From positions 19,576-83,575 of the forward strand of contig CALWHB010000002.1 of the NCBI GenBank assembly GCA_944380275.1: a DNA stretch of 64,000 bases. The letters run 5' to 3'. This DNA comes from an uncultured Christensenellaceae bacterium (GTDB taxonomy: Bacteria; Bacillota; Clostridia; Christensenellales; UBA3700). A program made the position numbers and the translations under genes. The notes under the pieces were generated by a model. It was not told the DNA's origin. It was given only the letters and a program-made list of their open reading frames with translations, and did not search any database. This document shows positions 59,036 to 64,000 of the stretch, in pieces. Numbering within the stretch: position 1 is the stretch's first letter; every line of letters begins with the position of its first letter.

Positions 59036-59554
59036 TTATTCGACGAGGTTGTCGTGTATAAGCTCGTAAATATTCAATGCTTTGTCCGACCAGTGTTTGA
59101 AAATCCATTTTGCGGTATTGCGGTTCTGGACGTTGAGTTTGAGTTCGAGAAGAGGGACGGTAACGCTCTCTATCTTCAGAACAACGGTATACGTGCCGTC
59201 TGAATTTTTGTAGTAGTCAGAGGAGTAATCCTGTTTTCTTCTGTATATCAGTCTGTTTGCCTTCACGTGTTCGGTAATACTGTCGCGAAGAGAAGAGGGG
59301 ATATGAGTATAAAAATGTTGCAGACACTCTCTGCCGTCGCTGGTTATTGAGTAATGCGCCACAGAGCCGCGGGGAGAAACGTTTGTCAGAAAATCGCTGG
59401 ACGCAAGTTCAGAAAAACTTTCTTTTGCGTCTATGTAAGCGAGCCACTCGTTGGAAACCGCCATTTCAATTATTATATCCTCTTTCATTGCAACTTCCAT
59501 TTTATCGAAGATGAAGAGAAGGATTACTTTGTTTAACGCCTTGGTGTCAAGCAT
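59036..59554 (-). CDS. DUF4364 family protein
   Basis: NKVILLFI..., YSITSDGRECL..F...IP; winged-helix-like N-terminus. Confidence 0.8.
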   Translation of the reverse strand: MLDTKALNKVILLFIFDKMEVAMKEDIIIEMAVSNEWLAYIDAKESFSELASSDFLTNVSPRGSVAHYSITSDGRECLQHFYTHIPSSLRDSITEHVKANRLIYRRKQDYSSDYYKNSDGTYTVVLKIESVTVPLLELKLNVQNRNTAKWIFKHWSDKALNIYELIHDNLVE

Positions 59555-59556
59555 AA

Positions 59557-59787
59557 TCAGACGTAGATAAACGGAGAAAGCTGTTCAAGAAGGTCGTCGC
59601 AGTCCTGGCTGTAAATTTCAAGGACTACAGGTCTGTTGAGGTCAAGGGAGAAGAGTCCGAGTATGGATTTTGCGTCAACGACATAGCGGCCGCTCCTCAC
59701 GTCTGCGTCGTAATCGTATGAAGAAATGATGTTGACGAATTTTTTAACGCTCTCTGTTGTGTTGAGCAACAAGCTTACTGATTTCAT
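59557..59787 (-). CDS. HPr-family protein lacking the His15 region
   Basis: VKKFVNI...SGRYVVDAKSILGLFSLDL; Ser46 motif present, no His in the sequence. Confidence 0.88.
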   Translation of the reverse strand: MKSVSLLLNTTESVKKFVNIISSYDYDADVRSGRYVVDAKSILGLFSLDLNRPVVLEIYSQDCDDLLEQLSPFIYV

Positions 59788-60016
59788 GTGTACACTCCGT
59801 TCATAAAAGAATATGTTCTATGTTATTATAAATTAATTTAAGAGGATTTTGCAATGATTTATGCGTTTTTCTCTAAATTTTACATTATGTGTATTATCGT
59901 AGTGAAATCGCGTTCTTTCATATTATTCTGGTCCGGTATCCCTTGCAATAATTGCGGTTTAATAGTATAATATAAAAATAAAGGGTTATGGCGCAATCAG
60001 CGCAGGGAAGGATTTT

Positions 60017-60733
60017 ATGGCAAACGAAAGCGTACAGCAGGTGTATACCGGGTTCGTCGCGAGGTGCAACGACTTTACAAAAGGCAGATTTATTATGGCA
60101 GGAAATGCCATAAAGGGTCTTTTGCGTTATCTTGCGTCCAATCCGTCCCTGATGGGATACGTTGCAAAGTGTAATACCGGCGTCGACTACAAGAAAGAAT
60201 TTCAGGCTGCGATAGTGGGCAATTCATTTAAGTTGCCGCCGTCTTCGAGGGGAATCGTCGCGCTTGTAACGGGTCTGTTGTACGAGTTTGACAGAGGCAC
60301 TCAGAGCTTTCACAAGTTTCTCAAGACGTTTTTCAGGTCAGACGACATCGACCAGTCGTTCAGGATGTTCTGCAACAGCGTCATTACGGCATACGTGCTT
60401 GCGTTCAAGAACGTACTCGACGATAAAGAGGACGAAAAGTCCGCACGTTTCGGCGAGGGGGATTTTGTCGTCCAGGACATAGTAAAAGAAAACGTTGTGC
60501 CTTATATAACTTCGCTTACGGAACTCGTCGTTTCTGACGACAGATTGTCAGACGAAACAAAAGACGATTATATCACGATGCTTGAGGGGCTTTATTATGC
60601 GTTTGAAATAGCGAGCGCAAAGATGGTCAAGGTGGTATGGCTGGGACTGAGGTCTGTTATGGAAGGCTACCGCAATGCGTATTCTTATCTCGACGGCATG
60701 CAGGCATTGATGCAGGCTTACGCTCTGATATGA
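60017..60733 (+). CDS. Hypothetical protein (predicted helical)
   Basis: 238-aa ORF with SD AAGGA and upstream TTGCAA-17-TAGTAT; followed by a terminator. Confidence 0.75.
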   Translation: MANESVQQVYTGFVARCNDFTKGRFIMAGNAIKGLLRYLASNPSLMGYVAKCNTGVDYKKEFQAAIVGNSFKLPPSSRGIVALVTGLLYEFDRGTQSFHKFLKTFFRSDDIDQSFRMFCNSVITAYVLAFKNVLDDKEDEKSARFGEGDFVVQDIVKENVVPYITSLTELVVSDDRLSDETKDDYITMLEGLYYAFEIASAKMVKVVWLGLRSVMEGYRNAYSYLDGMQALMQAYALI

Positions 60734-60794
60734 CGTCAGAATTGCTGAAAACGGCTTTTCTGACAAGCTGATGTAAGAAAAACAGTTGAAAACT

Positions 60795-60833
60795 GACGGA
60801 TTTTCGTACAAAAACGTAAAATCCGTCTTTTTT
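60795..60833 (+). terminator. Intrinsic terminator
   Basis: GACGGATTTT...AAAATCCGTC-T6. Confidence 0.8.
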
Positions 60834-60894
60834 ATTGCCAAAGCATACCCGCAACTGATACAATATATAAACAATCGAAGAATCCGGAGGATTT

Positions 60895-62370
60895 ATGCAG
60901 GAAGATAACAACGGCTTTGCTATGCAGGAAGGAGCCGCAGAACAGTCGACTGAACAATGTGCCGTCGGACAAGCCTCTCAAGGGCAGACGACAGAGGTCG
61001 CAGAAGGAAAGGAAGTAAAAAAACATAAAGGTTTTACGGGAAAGATAGGGTTCGTCCTTGCTGCGGCAGGTTCTGCTGTAGGACTGGGTAATCTGTGGAG
61101 ATTTCCTTATCTTGCGGCAAAATACGGCGGCGGCATATTCTTGCTTTGTTATATCGCACTTGCCGTTACGTTCGGTTTCAGTCTGCTCGTGCTTGAAATA
61201 GCGATAGGCAGACTTACCGGTAAGGACGTTATAGGTGCGTTCGGCAAACTCAACAAAAAGACAAAATGGTTCGGATTTGTTTCGCTGATAGTACCCGTAA
61301 TGATTGTTCCGTATTACTGCGTGATAGGCGGCTGGGTTACAAAATATCTTTTCGCTTATATAAGCGGGGACGGTACGACAGGTATGATGACGGGAGAAAA
61401 CGCGTCGCTTTATTTCAGCAACTTTATTTCTTCGCCGTGGGAACCTATCGTATTCTTTATCGTGTTTGCATTGCTTTCTTTTGCCGTGGTCATTTTCGGC
61501 GTTCAGAAAGGTATAGAAAAGATAGGCAAGATACTTATGCCCATGCTGGCAGTGCTTTCTGTGGGACTTGCGATTTTCGCCATGTGTCAGAAAGGCGCGC
61601 TTGAGGGCGTCAAGTATTTCCTCGTGCCTAAAGTTGAAGGCGTAAACATCGCAGAGGTTTTCCTGGCGGCTCTGGGACAGTTGTTCTATTCGATGTCGCT
61701 TGCGATGTGTATAATGATTACTTACGGCTCGTATATGAAGAAGAATACCGATATTCAGAAGTCCGCAAGGCAGATAAGCGTTTTCGACACTTGTTTCGCA
61801 ATCGTGGCAGGACTTATCATCATACCTTCTGTATTCGCGTTTTCTTCAACTCCGCAGGACGTTATGCAGAGCAGCGGACCCACGCTTATGTTCGTGGCTT
61901 TACCCAACGTATTCAGCCAGATACCGGGCGCAGGGATTATAGGCGCGCTCTTCTTCCTGCTGGTACTTTTTGCGGCATTGACTTCCGCAATCTCTCTTAT
62001 AGAGGCGATAGTTGCCGTTTTGAGAGAGAATCTGGGTATGAAGAGGTGGCAGGCATGTCTTGTGGTGTTCGGTATAGTCCTTCTTCTGGGAATACCGTCT
62101 TCTCTCGGATTCGGCGTACTTAAGGCTCTTTCGATAGGGGATATGACTTTGCTCGACATTTTCGATTATGTCAGCAACAGCATACTGATGCCGATTGTTG
62201 CTATAGGCACTTGCATAATTGCCGGATATTTCGTAAACTTCAGGGCGATAAAGGACGAGATAGGACTCAAAGTCAACAGCTGGCGCGACAAGTATTTTTC
62301 GGTAATGATAAAAATTATCGCGCCCGTGTGCATGTTGCTTATTCTCATATTCAACATAATCGGACTGTGA
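60895..62370 (+). CDS. Sodium-dependent transporter (NSS/SNF family)
   Basis: GSAVGLGNLWRFPY, YYCVIGGW, GQLFYSMS, AALTSAIS. Confidence 0.95.
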   Translation: MQEDNNGFAMQEGAAEQSTEQCAVGQASQGQTTEVAEGKEVKKHKGFTGKIGFVLAAAGSAVGLGNLWRFPYLAAKYGGGIFLLCYIALAVTFGFSLLVLEIAIGRLTGKDVIGAFGKLNKKTKWFGFVSLIVPVMIVPYYCVIGGWVTKYLFAYISGDGTTGMMTGENASLYFSNFISSPWEPIVFFIVFALLSFAVVIFGVQKGIEKIGKILMPMLAVLSVGLAIFAMCQKGALEGVKYFLVPKVEGVNIAEVFLAALGQLFYSMSLAMCIMITYGSYMKKNTDIQKSARQISVFDTCFAIVAGLIIIPSVFAFSSTPQDVMQSSGPTLMFVALPNVFSQIPGAGIIGALFFLLVLFAALTSAISLIEAIVAVLRENLGMKRWQACLVVFGIVLLLGIPSSLGFGVLKALSIGDMTLLDIFDYVSNSILMPIVAIGTCIIAGYFVNFRAIKDEIGLKVNSWRDKYFSVMIKIIAPVCMLLILIFNIIGL

Positions 62371-62536
62371 GATAAATATAGGTTTAAGCGTCGCAGAGTA
62401 TTCAACCGAACCGCGCTTATGTTTTGTCTGTTTCTGCAATATCCGGTTGGTATTATTCCGGCAGAGAGCAGAGATAAACAGGCGGTTAGGGGTATATACC
62501 GTATATGCTGCAGAGCGAATATTTGCTTATGATATA

Positions 62537-62567
62537 AAAACGCGTCCCTTGCACAGGGGCGCGTTTT
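62537..62567. terminator. Bidirectional intrinsic terminator
   Basis: AAAACGCGTCCCT-TGCAC-AGGGGCGCGTTTT. Confidence 0.8.
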
Positions 62568-62624
62568 GAATTTTAAAGCTTTATTCTGCTTTCAGAGTCT
62601 TGCACAATCCGTATTGATTTTAAA

Positions 62625-63236
62625 TCAGCCGTGTTGTCCGGGGGTTTCGAGAGGAACGGGATGGTCCAGGCTTTCGAGATAAGCGAGAGTAGTTTTTACG
62701 CATCCGTCTATTCCTATCAGACCGCTGTCGAGGCAGAGATGGTGATTTTCTGCCATGCCCCATTTCTGATATGTGTAAAACTCGTAATATTTTTTGCGTT
62801 TCTTGTCGATTTTTTTGACGTGAGCCTCCATTTTTTCAGGTTCTATGCCCAGGTTGAGTGCGTTTTTGCGAGCGACGCGTTTTTTCAGGTCTGCGTGTAC
62901 GTAAATTTTTACGGAATCTTCGAGGATAGCGTCCGCACATCTTCCAAGTATTACGCAGGGACCTTTTTTTGCGATTTCTTTTATCGCGTTGCTCTGTGCG
63001 ATATAAATCTGGTCAGACATCGGCATAAAGTAGGTAGAGTAGAAAACGCCGGAAAGCATCGACGGCGCACTTTCTTCGTGATGCTGAAGAAATTCTTCGC
63101 ACATTGCCGTTCCCTGTGCGGCAAGAGCAATCAGCTCTTTGTCGTAAAATGGAATATTCAATGCCTGAGCGAGTTTGATTCCGAATTCTCTGCCGCCGCT
63201 GCCGAACTGACGGCTGATTGTGATAACCTTATCCAT
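62625..63236 (-). CDS. Cytidylate kinase-like family protein
   Basis: ITISRQFGSGG, FYDKE, VILGRCAD, DKKRKKYY. Confidence 0.9.
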   Translation of the reverse strand: MDKVITISRQFGSGGREFGIKLAQALNIPFYDKELIALAAQGTAMCEEFLQHHEESAPSMLSGVFYSTYFMPMSDQIYIAQSNAIKEIAKKGPCVILGRCADAILEDSVKIYVHADLKKRVARKNALNLGIEPEKMEAHVKKIDKKRKKYYEFYTYQKWGMAENHHLCLDSGLIGIDGCVKTTLAYLESLDHPVPLETPGQHG

Positions 63237-64000
63237 ATCTCCACTCCTTATCGTATAAGTATTCTAATTATATTAAAACACCCTCAGGGCAGGTTGTCAA
63301 TACGGGTTTTGAAAAAACGGTGCATAATTTTGCAAAAAATATTAATATTTACTAAGAAATTTCCTGTTTTAGTTTGCATATACGCTGCGGTAAGAATAAA
63401 AATTCCTCTTTAGTTTAAGAATCTTATTTCATGCAGACAAGCCTCAGATTTAAAAAATTTCGAGAAAAAGCAGATTGTTTTGCGAGTAAATGATAAAAAT
63501 TCAACAATGGAAAAATTCAACGCGGAGCAAAGCAAAAATATTATAAATTTCTGCGTGCCGCCTGAGCTTTGCCCGGTTTGCCCAAAATTTCAGGTACGAG
63601 TTACACGTTTTTGTGGGAACAGGCATGTTTACTGTGCGACAACTGTTGCACCGTATCATATACAAAAATTTAGTCACTACCGCTTATATTCAATAATAAA
63701 GGCAGAAACCGTCGCGCAATATATTCATAAAAAATTGCCGCTGCCGCTCGTAAGCAATTTAAAAACTCAGCAACATTTGCGCTGTATATGCATAATAAAA
63801 CTCCTGCTGCCGTTTATGTGGCATTTAAAAAGGCAGCAACCGTTACTTGCATATGTATAAAGAGAAAAATGCAGCCGAAAATACCGATAAAATCACAACT
63901 TTTTTTGCGAGATTTAAAAATTAGTATTGCCTCAGTCCTTCCTCTTTGCTATACTTATGCTATACGGCAGACTTTTTCGGTCGTATTTTCGGAGGTAATA

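Noticed and set aside
63237-64000. 760-bp terminal non-coding region as an ncRNA or riboswitch
   Set aside because: Only short imperfect inverted repeats (e.g. 63634-63651) are present. It ends in an SD (GGAGGT) for a gene outside the window, and I recognised no RNA family.

Overview
A gene-dense chromosomal region from a spore-forming anaerobic Clostridia-type bacterium (spoIIID, spoVG, spoIVA, Re-citrate synthase, GTP-PEPCK, group B [FeFe]-hydrogenase, HPr kinase). Most genes are housekeeping or sporulation genes. I saw no rRNA, tRNA, CRISPR array, prophage or IS element. The stand-out locus is 22415-24681. It encodes an 88-aa, cysteine-free protein whose C-terminal third is the glycyl-radical loop and tail of class III ribonucleotide reductase (RIRRITGYLVG...FNNAKRAEERDRVKH), with no catalytic barrel. 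The gene sits 40 bp upstream of a flavodiiron O2/NO reductase (fprA) and is divergent from a Crp/Fnr regulator. A perfect TGTTGC-N4-GCAACA palindrome lies at about -42 of the predicted promoter. My inference is an oxygen/NO-stress module carrying a GrcA/YfiD-like 'spare part' for NrdD. Other notable items: a PAP2-PAP2-acyl-CoA ligase-FGGY kinase lipid operon, two apparently degenerate enzymes, a PrmC-N-like relic on the DUF1385 protein, a Cys-rich small protein behind a sigmaK-type promoter, an unannotated 58-aa ORF in the hprK operon, a His-less HPr, several apparently leaderless genes and a 38-bp tandem repeat. All family calls come from motif recognition by eye; no searches were run.
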